The notes beneath the pieces were generated by a model. The model searched no databases, had not been told where the DNA came from, and was given only the letters and a program-made list of their open reading frames with translations. Positions 50,320 to 58,906 of a stretch of DNA of 64,000 nt are shown here, one piece after another. Position 1 is the stretch's first letter. Each line of letters starts with the position of its first letter. The DNA comes from Myxococcota bacterium (GTDB lineage Bacteria > Myxococcota_A > UBA796 > SXON01), in NCBI GenBank assembly GCA_040386535.1, contig JAZKFH010000023.1:32001-96000 (forward strand). The letters run 5' to 3'. The translations under genes and the position numbers were made by a program.

Positions 50320-51380
50320 TGTTCCCCGATCCCTTGCAGGCCTTCTTCGCGGGCATTCCGGGCCTGGATCAGGCGGCCCGTGTGCGCCGCGGCATGCATA
50401 TCCTCGCCACCACGCCGCGGCCTCCCGTCGGGGGCACGCCGCACACGGTGATCCACGCACAGGACAAGCTCGCGGTCCGCTACTACCCGCCCCGCGGCCA
50501 GGCCCGCGCCACGCCGGTGGTCCTCGTGCCATCGCTGATCAACCGGGCGTGGATCCTCGATCTCGAGCCCGGGCGCTCGCTGGTCGAGGCACTCTCGGCG
50601 ATGGGGCACCCCACGTACCTCGTCGATTGGGGCGAGCCGGGTCCGGAGGATGCCGAAGAGGACGTTGGGTACGTCCTCCTCGAACTGTTGCATCGCAGCA
50701 TCGACCGCGTGTGCCGCCACGCGCGGTCAGCAGACACGTTCCTGCTCGGCTACTGCCTCGGTGGCACGCTCGCGGCAATGTACACGGCGCTCCGGCCCGC
50801 GCGCGTGGCCGGGCTCGTGGCGCTCGCCGCGCCGGTGTCGTTCTCGAACGGCGGGCGCTTCCGCGAGTTCGTGGCGCCGGGCGTGTTCGACGTGGATCGG
50901 GCGGTCGCGGCGGACGGGCTGGTGCCGGTGGACGTGATGAAGCCCGCGTTCCAGATGCTCGACCCGATGGGCCACTTCACGAAGTTTCTCGCCGTCGAGG
51001 CCGCCTCCTCCGATCCGAGGCAGCTCACCCGGGTGCTGGCGCGCGAGCGGTGGGTCGAGGAGAACGTCCCCATGTCGGGCGCGTTCGCCCGGGAGTTCAT
51101 CCGCAAGGCGTACCAGGAGGATGCCCTCCTGTCGGGAACGTGGAACATCCGCGGCGAACGTGTCGTGCTCGGCGCGATCCACGCGCCCGTACACGTGGTG
51201 GCGTGCCGCCGCGACTTCATCACCCCCGTGGCGGCCGCCCTCCCGCTCGCCGCGGCCACCGGCGGCCCGACCACCACCACCGTGCTCAACACCGGTCACA
51301 TCGGCGTGGTCGTGGGTAGCGAGGGGCCGCGTACCTTCTACCCGCTGCTCGACAGCTGGTTCCGCGAGGTCCGCGCATGA
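50316..51380 (+). CDS. phaC: Class III/IV-type PHA synthase catalytic subunit
   Basis: VGGTPHTVI, PVVLVPSLINRAWILDL.PGRSLV, YLVDWG.PG, PhaC box GYCLGG, D (RRDFITP), H (TGHIG); about 354 aa. Confidence 0.9.
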   Translation: MMFPDPLQAFFAGIPGLDQAARVRRGMHILATTPRPPVGGTPHTVIHAQDKLAVRYYPPRGQARATPVVLVPSLINRAWILDLEPGRSLVEALSAMGHPTYLVDWGEPGPEDAEEDVGYVLLELLHRSIDRVCRHARSADTFLLGYCLGGTLAAMYTALRPARVAGLVALAAPVSFSNGGRFREFVAPGVFDVDRAVAADGLVPVDVMKPAFQMLDPMGHFTKFLAVEAASSDPRQLTRVLARERWVEENVPMSGAFAREFIRKAYQEDALLSGTWNIRGERVVLGAIHAPVHVVACRRDFITPVAAALPLAAATGGPTTTTVLNTGHIGVVVGSEGPRTFYPLLDSWFREVRA

Positions 51381-52825
51381 GGGCCACGAGCAATTGGCTG
51401 GCGTTCCACACCCGGTTCCGCCCCGACGCCGAGGCCCTGTTCGACGTGTCGACCGGGCGTCGGTGGTCCTACGCGCAGCTCGGCGCCTGGTCGGCGCGAT
51501 GGGCTGGCCGGCTCCAGGCCGAGGGGGTGGTCCCGGGGGACCGCGTGGTCGTCGTCGCCGGAAACCGCGCGGAGACCCTCGCGCTGCTCTTCGCGTGCGC
51601 GGAGCTGGGCGCCATCCTGGCCCCGTTGAACTGGCGCCTCGCCGTGCCCGAGCTGCGGTGGCAGATCGAGCACTGCGCACCCCGGGTGGTCTTCGCCGAC
51701 GCCGTTCAGCGCGCGCGCATCGGCGGCCTCCCGCTCGAGGACGAGCCCGGCGCCGATCCGATCGAGGGCCCCGGCGCGCCGCTCGAGGCGCCGTGGGTGC
51801 TCCTCTACACGTCGGGCTCCACCGGGCGGCCCAAGGGCGCGCTGCTGACGCACGGCCAGCTTCACTGGAACAGCGTCAACACGTGGCTGGCGTGTGATCT
51901 GCAGCCGGCGGACGCGACGCTCACGTTCACCCCGCTCTTCCACACGGGCGGGCTCAATTGCCTCACGACCCCCCTGCTGCACCGCGGCGGCCGGGTGGTG
52001 CTCACGACCGGGTTCGAGCCCGCGGAGACGCTCCGCCTCATCGCCGAGGAGCGGGTGACCATCCTGATGGGCGTCCCGACGATCTTCCAGATGATGGCCG
52101 ACCATCCGGCGTTCGAGGGTGCGGACCTCTCGTTGGTCCGGGACGCCCTCGTCGGCGGCGCCGCCCTGCCGATGCCGCTGCTCGAGCGCTATCGGGAGCG
52201 CCGCATCCCGCTCCGGCAGGGCTTCGGGCTCACCGAGGTGGGGCCCAACTGCTTCTCGTTGCCACCCGCCGAGATCGACCGGAAGGCCGGGACCGTGGGT
52301 CTCGCCATCCCCCACGTCGCGGCCAAGGTCGTGCGGCCCGACGGGTCGGAGTGCGGGGTGGACGAGCCGGGCGAGCTCCTCCTGGCCGGGCCCGCCGTGT
52401 TCGGAGGCTACTGGAACGATGCGGACGCCACGGCCAGGGCGGTCGTGAACGGCTGGTTCCACACCGGCGACATGCTCTCGCGTGACGACGAAGGCTACTT
52501 CCGCGTGCGCGGCCGCATCAAGGAGATGTACATCTCCGGCGGCGAGAACGTGTACCCGCCCGAGGTCGAGGCCGTCCTTCACGCCCTCCCTGGCGTCGCC
52601 GCCGCCGCCGTCATCGGCGTCCCGGACGAGCGCTGGGGCGAGGTGGGGGCCGCGTTCATCGAGCTCATCCCCGGCCACACCCTCACCGAGTCGGACATCC
52701 GCGCCTGGGTCGCGCCCCGCCTCGCTCGTTTCAAGCAGCCCCGGTATGTGCGCGTGCTCCCGACGCTGCCGCGCACCGCCTCCGGAAAGATCGACCGCGT
52801 CAACCTCTCCAAGGAGCCTCGATGA
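51377..52825 (+). CDS. Acyl-CoA synthetase (AMP-binding; FACL/MenE-like)
   Basis: LYTSGSTGRPKG, PLFHTGGL, QGFGLTE, GWFHTGD, GRIKEMYISGGENVYPPEVE, PRTASGKI. Confidence 0.93.
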   Translation: MRATSNWLAFHTRFRPDAEALFDVSTGRRWSYAQLGAWSARWAGRLQAEGVVPGDRVVVVAGNRAETLALLFACAELGAILAPLNWRLAVPELRWQIEHCAPRVVFADAVQRARIGGLPLEDEPGADPIEGPGAPLEAPWVLLYTSGSTGRPKGALLTHGQLHWNSVNTWLACDLQPADATLTFTPLFHTGGLNCLTTPLLHRGGRVVLTTGFEPAETLRLIAEERVTILMGVPTIFQMMADHPAFEGADLSLVRDALVGGAALPMPLLERYRERRIPLRQGFGLTEVGPNCFSLPPAEIDRKAGTVGLAIPHVAAKVVRPDGSECGVDEPGELLLAGPAVFGGYWNDADATARAVVNGWFHTGDMLSRDDEGYFRVRGRIKEMYISGGENVYPPEVEAVLHALPGVAAAAVIGVPDERWGEVGAAFIELIPGHTLTESDIRAWVAPRLARFKQPRYVRVLPTLPRTASGKIDRVNLSKEPR

Positions 52826-53352
52826 TCCTCGCCCTCGCCCTGTTTGCCTGCACCCCCGACGACGTTACCGACGAGCAGAAGGACACCGCCGAGTCCGACA
52901 CCGACACCGACACGGACACGGACACGGACACCGATACCGACGCCGCCACGGCCGGTGACATCAACGACGCCTGGCTCTCCGAAGGCGCTGACATCAGCGC
53001 CCTCTTCCAGGCGGCGCCGTTCTCGTTCGTCAGCGTCGCGGCGACCTTCAACGCCGACCTCAGCTACACCGTCGTCGCGATGGACGGGGAGGGCGCCGCC
53101 ACCAACTTCGCCGGCACGTTCGTGGTGGACGCGGGCACCCGCCCCGGCACCATCACCCTGACGCAGAGCACCCCCTACGCGGCCACCTCCGTCGGCATCT
53201 ACCAGGTCGACGCCGACACGTTGACCTACGAGGCCGTGCAGACCGTGCCCGACTACGGGTTCACGCCCCCCACCCCCGAGACCGGCTTCGGCACCACCGC
53301 CGGGACGGGCATCGTGGCGGGGTCGAACCTCCAGATCTACCAGAGGCAGTAG
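52822..53352 (+). CDS. Lipoprotein with Asp-Thr repeat and lipocalin-like beta domain
   Basis: MILALALFAC lipobox, (DT)n tract, then WLSEG...ATFNADLSYTV...GIYQV beta-rich domain. Confidence 0.72.
   Translation: MILALALFACTPDDVTDEQKDTAESDTDTDTDTDTDTDTDAATAGDINDAWLSEGADISALFQAAPFSFVSVAATFNADLSYTVVAMDGEGAATNFAGTFVVDAGTRPGTITLTQSTPYAATSVGIYQVDADTLTYEAVQTVPDYGFTPPTPETGFGTTAGTGIVAGSNLQIYQRQ
52897..52941 (+). repeat. GACACS hexamer repeat (Asp-Thr)n
   Basis: gacaccgacaccgacacggacacggacacggacaccgataccgac. Confidence 0.85.
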
Positions 53353-54855
53353 ATGCTGCTGTTCGTCGCCGCCGTGCTCGCACCGCCCGCCTTCGCACAG
53401 GAGGGCGGCGCGCCCCCCGAGGCGCGTCGGGAAGAGGTGCGTCCCGCCTCCGACCCGCCGGGGAGCGGGCTCCGCTTCCTCGGCATCGTCGCGTTGCGCA
53501 CGGCGGCGTCGAACATCTCCACCACCAACCCGTTCCTCAACGGGCAGCTGGTGGGGGAGCTCGGCGGCACGAACACCACCACTACCACCGACAAGCTGGG
53601 CCACGCCTCCGAGCAGCGGGTCGGGGCCTTCTTCTCGTACGCGCCGCCCCTCTGGGACGGGCGGCTCCAGCTCGACGCCGCCTTCGAGGTCGACTTCGCC
53701 TTCGGCGACCAGGCGTACGGGATCGGCGGCAACACCGGCGGCGGGTTCGGCGCCGACCAGGTCAACCTCCAGACCCGTCGCATGGGCGCCCGCGCACGGT
53801 TGGGGGAGGACACCTGGATCGTCGCCGGCCTCCAATTCGTGGGGGACGGCTCCGCGGATCCCACTCGGGGCAAGCCGGACGACCTGTTCCGCAGCGGTGG
53901 CCGCTTGATGTTCTTCGGATCCGAGGCCGCGGGCATCTCAGCCTACGGCACCATCGGGGAGCCCCTCCGCTACAAGCTCGGCGCCTACACGCTCGTCGAG
54001 CTCGGGCTCGCCTCCCCGGACGACGTGACGCTCTACATGGCGGACGCCGCGTGGAGCCCCGCGTACGCGCACCGCCTGGGCGTGCACGCCTGGTACCTCC
54101 GCGACAAGGCGGCCGGCCTCGGCAGCTCCTTCGGCACGGGCCCGACGAGCCCGCTCTCCGAGCTCCAGGGCGGGCCGCGCCTCGATTTTCGGCCCACGGG
54201 AGAGGGCGCCGCGCCCGTCGTGAACACGGATCTGCTCTGGGTGGGCGTCGACCACGGGTGGAACGCCGGGCTGGACCGCGGGCGCGTGGGGCTGACGGCG
54301 CTCGCCGTCGCGAACCTCGGTCGCCTCTACGTCGAGGAGCTACCCGATCGGAACGTGCGCGGCTTCCTTGCCGACGTCGAGCTCCGCGCCCGGATCGCCC
54401 CAGGGGAGGGGAGCATCGCGCGCGTCGAGCTCCTCGCCTCCAGCGGGGACGATCCCGCCACCGACACCTACGAGGGCATCGTGACCGGTAATGCGTACGC
54501 CGCCGTGGGCGCTGTCCACGGCACGCACGGGTGCCTGCTCCTGTTCCCCGACGTGACCGCCATCAACCGTCAGGTCGCGCGGGTGTACGACGTGTCGGGT
54601 GCCGGGGCGGGGGTCGCCGCGGTGACCGGCGGCGTGGCCTTCGACGCCATCCCCAATCGCCTAACGGTGGGCGTCGGGGCCGGGCACGCGCGGACCGCCA
54701 GCTTCGAGCCCCTCGGCACCGAGCTGAACGCGCGGATCTCGGGCAAGCCCTGGGTCCTGACCGATCTCGGCCTGAAGGGCGCGGTGCTCCTGGACACCGA
54801 CCTCCCGGTCACCCCCTGGATCGCGCTCGTCTCCTTCGACTGGCTGGTGATTTGA
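53353..54855 (+). CDS. Probable outer-membrane beta-barrel/porin
   Basis: Signal peptide ending PAFA; many alternating amphipathic strands (QLDAAFEVDFAFG, YKLGAYTL, LGTELNARISG); aromatic-rich C-terminal strand. Confidence 0.65.
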   Translation: MLLFVAAVLAPPAFAQEGGAPPEARREEVRPASDPPGSGLRFLGIVALRTAASNISTTNPFLNGQLVGELGGTNTTTTTDKLGHASEQRVGAFFSYAPPLWDGRLQLDAAFEVDFAFGDQAYGIGGNTGGGFGADQVNLQTRRMGARARLGEDTWIVAGLQFVGDGSADPTRGKPDDLFRSGGRLMFFGSEAAGISAYGTIGEPLRYKLGAYTLVELGLASPDDVTLYMADAAWSPAYAHRLGVHAWYLRDKAAGLGSSFGTGPTSPLSELQGGPRLDFRPTGEGAAPVVNTDLLWVGVDHGWNAGLDRGRVGLTALAVANLGRLYVEELPDRNVRGFLADVELRARIAPGEGSIARVELLASSGDDPATDTYEGIVTGNAYAAVGAVHGTHGCLLLFPDVTAINRQVARVYDVSGAGAGVAAVTGGVAFDAIPNRLTVGVGAGHARTASFEPLGTELNARISGKPWVLTDLGLKGAVLLDTDLPVTPWIALVSFDWLVI

Positions 54856-55814
54856 TGCTCCGTGCGCTCTTCCTCGGGTCCCTCGCCGCCTCTTCGCTCG
54901 CCGCCGCCTCGCTGGCGGGCTGCGCGCCCCGCTACACGGCTAAGGGCCCGATGGAGCCGGAAGACCTCTGGTCGCCGCTCCCGCGCCAGCACGTCCAGGT
55001 CATGGGGATGGACATCGCCTACGTCGACAGCGGCGGCTCCGGCCCGCCGCTGGTGTTCGTGCACGGCCTCTCGTCGTCCCTGGCGTTCTGGGAGTACCAG
55101 ATCCCCGCCTTCGCGCACACGCACCGCGTCCTCGCGCTGGATCTGCCCGGCTACGGCTCGTCCGAGCGGCCCGATGCCCCGTGCACGCCCCCCTGGTACG
55201 CCACGGTGGTGGCCGCGTGGCTCGACACGGTGGGGGTCGATCGCGCCACCATCGTCGGGCACTCGATGGGCGGGCAGATCGCGATCCAGCTGGCGATCAC
55301 GGCGCCCGAGCGCGTGGAGCGGCTGGTCCTCTCGGCGCCGGCCGGGCTCGAGCCCTTCCAGCCCGGGGCCGCGCGGTTCATGAAGGACTTCTGGACCGAG
55401 CGTCGCGCGCTCGGTACGACAGAGGAGCAGGTGCGCGCCAACTTCACGACGCAGGTGTTCAACCGTCGGGACGCGGGTGTGGAGCGCATGATTGAGGAGC
55501 GCGTGCGCCTCGGCCTCTCACCGCGGTTCGCGGGCACCAGCGTCGCCGTGTCCCGCTCGATCGCGGGCATGCTGGACCACCCCGTGCGTGACCGCCTGGG
55601 GCAGATCAAGGCGCCCACGCTCGTGGTGTTCGGCACCGCCGACCGCATGATCCCCAACCCAGTGTTCAACGGCGGCACGACCCGTTCGGTCGCCCGCATC
55701 GCGGAAGAGCGCATCCCCGGCGCTCGCGTCGTCCTGCTCCCCGGCGCAGGCCATACTGTCCACCACGATGCACCCGAGGCTTTCAACGCCGCGCTGCAGG
55801 AGTTCCTCCGATGA
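54855..55814 (+). CDS. Alpha/beta hydrolase lipoprotein
   Basis: Lipobox SLAGC; FVHGL, ALDLPGYGSS, nucleophile GHSMGG, VFGTADRMIP, GAGHTVH; TGATG overlap with the upstream gene. Confidence 0.9.
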   Translation: MLRALFLGSLAASSLAAASLAGCAPRYTAKGPMEPEDLWSPLPRQHVQVMGMDIAYVDSGGSGPPLVFVHGLSSSLAFWEYQIPAFAHTHRVLALDLPGYGSSERPDAPCTPPWYATVVAAWLDTVGVDRATIVGHSMGGQIAIQLAITAPERVERLVLSAPAGLEPFQPGAARFMKDFWTERRALGTTEEQVRANFTTQVFNRRDAGVERMIEERVRLGLSPRFAGTSVAVSRSIAGMLDHPVRDRLGQIKAPTLVVFGTADRMIPNPVFNGGTTRSVARIAEERIPGARVVLLPGAGHTVHHDAPEAFNAALQEFLR

Positions 55815-57613
55815 TCGCGCTGCTCGCCTCGCTCGTGTCGGCCCCGCCCGCCCTCGCCACCTCCGGGTTCGACGCCACCGCCGTCGGCGCCACGTTCACC
55901 GGGTCTGAGACCTGGGACCAGGGCGAGACCGTCCAACTCTGGAGCACGATCGAGCGCCATGTGGACGCTGACCGCACCCTGTTCACCGCCGGGGAGTTCA
56001 ACACGTCGACCGAGTGGCAGGACAACGCCGCCTTCGCGCCCTGGATCGGCACGTGTTTCGGCACGGGCACGCCCTCCGGCGGGACGTTCCTCCTCCACCA
56101 CGGCGTCCACGCCGCGACCGCGTCGGGCACCCCGATCCTGTTCGTGCCGGGCGCCGGCGACAACGCCAGCCGCGGCTTCGTCACGATGGCCACCAAGATG
56201 GACTGGGCCGGGCGCCCGGTCTATGCCATCACGTTCGCGCATCCGCACGGCGACGTGTTCGAGCAGGCCGAGATCGTCGCGGACGCCATCGCGCGTGTCC
56301 GCGAGCTCACCGGCGCTCCGCAAGTGGATCTCGTGTCCCACTCCAAGGGCGGCATCTCGGTCGCGGTGTACCTCTCGCACCACGCCGGGGCCGACTGGGG
56401 CGGCGCGGACGCGCGGAGCCGCGCCTACGCCTCCGTCGGTACCGCCTACCGGGGCGACGTGCGGCGCTCCGTCTTCATCGCCACGCCGCTCGGCGGCATC
56501 GACACCGCGTTCCGCTGGCCGCTGGGCAACGTCGCGAGCCTCACGCCCGACACCGCGCTCGCGCCGACGTCCTGGCGCACGTACTACCCGTACGGGACCG
56601 GGGCGCCGGCCTGGAACACCGATCTGACGGAGCAGGACTTCTTCGCCGACGGCGGCGACCTGTTCCCCGGCCAGCGGCAGCTCCTCGCGCGGCAGGACTA
56701 CGCGCTCCCGGGGAGCATGCCGTGGCTCGGCGCGTACTCGCTCCAGACGGACTGGTACACCAGCTACGAGGGCGGCTACGGGTACTACACGCTCTCCGAC
56801 GGCATCGACGCCGCCATCGCGGAGGGCGGCGATCTGCTCGAGCACCTCGGCGCCGCGGGGGTCGATCCGCGCGTGGAGCTGTTCGTGCTCGCCGGCGAGA
56901 ACCCGCTGATGCCGAACGGCGTCGAGGACATCCTGGTCGGCCTCTTCGGGGAGACCTGGGTCGACCTCGCCACGGCCGGCACCGACGTGTGGGCCTCCCT
57001 CCTAGCGGACGCCGTGGGGGAGGGGCTCCTCTCGGTGGGCGTCACGCGCGACGAGGTGCAGGGCCTCGCGACCGGAGATCTCATCCTCGGCGAGATCAGC
57101 GGCCCGAGCGACGGGCTGGTGTTCGTCACCAGCTCGACCGCGTCCGACCGGCTCCTGGCCCGCGGCGCCACCGTCGAGGAGACCTACGTCGCCAACCTCT
57201 CCCACCTCGACCTGTTGTACGCGAGCCCCATCACCGGGCAGCTCCTGGTCGACGCGGCCGCGGCCGACCCGGTGGAGGACGGCTGGATGGCCGCCGTGGG
57301 CGCCCGCTACATCGAGGCGGATACGCTCGGCTGGGTCGAGCGGGTCCTGGCCGACACGCCCACCGACACCGGTGGTGACGCCGACACGGACACCGACTCC
57401 GATACGGACACCGACTCGGACTCGGATACCGACACGGACGCGGACACCGATGCGGACTCGGACACCGACACCGGTGCGAGCGGCGCCGACACGGACACCG
57501 GCGATATCGAGGAAGACGGCGAGGGCTGCACGGGCTGCGCGACCGGCAACGGGAGCGGCGGGCTCCTCGTCGCCGCGATCGCGGTGGCCCTGTCCACCCG
57601 CCGCCGCTCGTAG
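55811..57613 (+). CDS. Secreted esterase/lipase-like protein with Asp-Thr stalk and MYXO-CTERM-like anchor
   Basis: Signal peptide; PILFVPGAG oxyanion region, VDLVSHSKGG nucleophile elbow, SDGLVF, LSHLDL; (DT/DS)n; C-terminal GCTGCATG..GGLLVAAIAVALSTRRRS. Confidence 0.82.
   Translation: MIALLASLVSAPPALATSGFDATAVGATFTGSETWDQGETVQLWSTIERHVDADRTLFTAGEFNTSTEWQDNAAFAPWIGTCFGTGTPSGGTFLLHHGVHAATASGTPILFVPGAGDNASRGFVTMATKMDWAGRPVYAITFAHPHGDVFEQAEIVADAIARVRELTGAPQVDLVSHSKGGISVAVYLSHHAGADWGGADARSRAYASVGTAYRGDVRRSVFIATPLGGIDTAFRWPLGNVASLTPDTALAPTSWRTYYPYGTGAPAWNTDLTEQDFFADGGDLFPGQRQLLARQDYALPGSMPWLGAYSLQTDWYTSYEGGYGYYTLSDGIDAAIAEGGDLLEHLGAAGVDPRVELFVLAGENPLMPNGVEDILVGLFGETWVDLATAGTDVWASLLADAVGEGLLSVGVTRDEVQGLATGDLILGEISGPSDGLVFVTSSTASDRLLARGATVEETYVANLSHLDLLYASPITGQLLVDAAAADPVEDGWMAAVGARYIEADTLGWVERVLADTPTDTGGDADTDTDSDTDTDSDSDTDTDADTDADSDTDTGASGADTDTGDIEEDGEGCTGCATGNGSGGLLVAAIAVALSTRRRS
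57352..57505 (+). repeat. Asp-Thr/Asp-Ser low-complexity coding repeat
   Basis: gacacggacaccgactcc/gactcg hexamer repeats encoding DTDTDSDTDTDSDSDT... Confidence 0.85.
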
Positions 57614-57641
57614 CGTACGGTCGGCGGGCCGCCCCGGGCGC

Positions 57642-58883
57642 CTACTCGGCGGCAACCTCGGGCGTGCGCTCGCGTTTCTCCCACATCATCGCGTGCTCCG
57701 GACGCATGGCGTTCACGCCCTCGTCCCACCGCTCGACGGTGGCACGGGCGATCCGGACCAGGCCGGCCGCCTTCGCGGCGTCCTCCATCGCGGCGTACGT
57801 GTCGATGCGCTTGCCCCCCACCTGCCCGTCGCCGATGACCACGATGAGGCGGCCCCCGGTGTCGAGGGCGCGGGCCGCAGCGCGCACCCACTTCCGGTTG
57901 TCGGCCTGCCACGCGACCAGCGCGGTCGCGCGGTCGGCGCGGAACTGGCGGCGGGAGCCGATCTCGGCGTGGGGATCGGCAACCTCGAGCTTGAGCCACG
58001 CGAGGCGCAGCTGCTGCATCGTGACGTAGTCGTACACGCCCGGATACGGCGGCGAGGTGAGGACCAGGCCGAAGCCGCCCTTCTCGCGCAGCTCGCGGGC
58101 GTCCTCGCGGTGCACCCGTGCGCGTACGCCGGCCGGCGCCGCTTCGGCGAGCGACTCCAACATCCGGGCGTACTCCCGCGCCTTCTTGTGGAACAACACG
58201 CCGGCGGTGCCGGGCGGCCGCTTCTCCCCCGTGCGCGCGCTCGACGTGTCGCTCTCGCGGCGGCTCGTCTTGACCAGGATCGCGGAGAACACGGCGCGGA
58301 GGAGCAGGTCCTTCCCGATCAGATCGTGGATGGTCGCCAGCTCGGTGAGCGCGTGCGGCTCGTACCAACGCACGAGCTCTTCGGGCACGTTCGGCGTGTT
58401 GCGGGCGGCGAGGGCGGCCTCGGTCGCGCGGCGCGCGGTGGCCCGGAGCGTGGTGCGCTCCTCCTCGGTGGTGCGGGCCGTGCGGGCACGCGCGACGAGG
58501 TTCGCGACCGGCGAGACGTCGAGCCCGAGGGCGTCCCGCCCGGCGAGCATGGCCTCGATCAGCACGGTGCCGCCGCCGCAGAAGGGGTCGAGCAGGGCGC
58601 CGGAGCCCAGCGCCACGAGATCCCGCGCGGCGTCGGGGTTGAGCCCGGCCGGGTAGGTGTGGAACCCGTGCGTGGCCCGCTCCACGCGCCCGCGGTGGCG
58701 CAGCGCCGCGTCCAGGGAGCGCGCCAGCCCGTCGTCGCCGGAGCGCACGGAGTCACCCGCGCGCTGGCTCAGCGCCTCGCGTTGGAACTTGTCGGCGCTC
58801 GCCTTCTCGCCCAGGATGGCGTCGATGCGGGTCGTCTCTTCCTGCTCGAGGCGCTGCTTCCGCTTGGTCTTGCGCTCAGCCAC
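57642..58883 (-). CDS. Orphan SAM-dependent amino-methyltransferase (N4-C/N6-A DNA methylase-like)
   Basis: THGFHTYPAG, motif I LLDPFCGGGT, GLDVSP, then motif IV LVLTSPPY; likely GTG start 58883. Confidence 0.8.
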   Translation of the reverse strand: MAERKTKRKQRLEQEETTRIDAILGEKASADKFQREALSQRAGDSVRSGDDGLARSLDAALRHRGRVERATHGFHTYPAGLNPDAARDLVALGSGALLDPFCGGGTVLIEAMLAGRDALGLDVSPVANLVARARTARTTEEERTTLRATARRATEAALAARNTPNVPEELVRWYEPHALTELATIHDLIGKDLLLRAVFSAILVKTSRRESDTSSARTGEKRPPGTAGVLFHKKAREYARMLESLAEAAPAGVRARVHREDARELREKGGFGLVLTSPPYPGVYDYVTMQQLRLAWLKLEVADPHAEIGSRRQFRADRATALVAWQADNRKWVRAAARALDTGGRLIVVIGDGQVGGKRIDTYAAMEDAAKAAGLVRIARATVERWDEGVNAMRPEHAMMWEKRERTPEVAAE

Positions 58884-58906
58884 GGTGAGCTCCGCCGAAT
58901 GTTCTA

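Noticed and set aside
51377..52825. Naming the ligase menE
   Set aside because: No menaquinone genes are nearby and the context is PHA; substrate cannot be read from motifs.
57642..58883. Restriction-modification or defence island
   Set aside because: No endonuclease, specificity subunit or other defence genes are adjacent.
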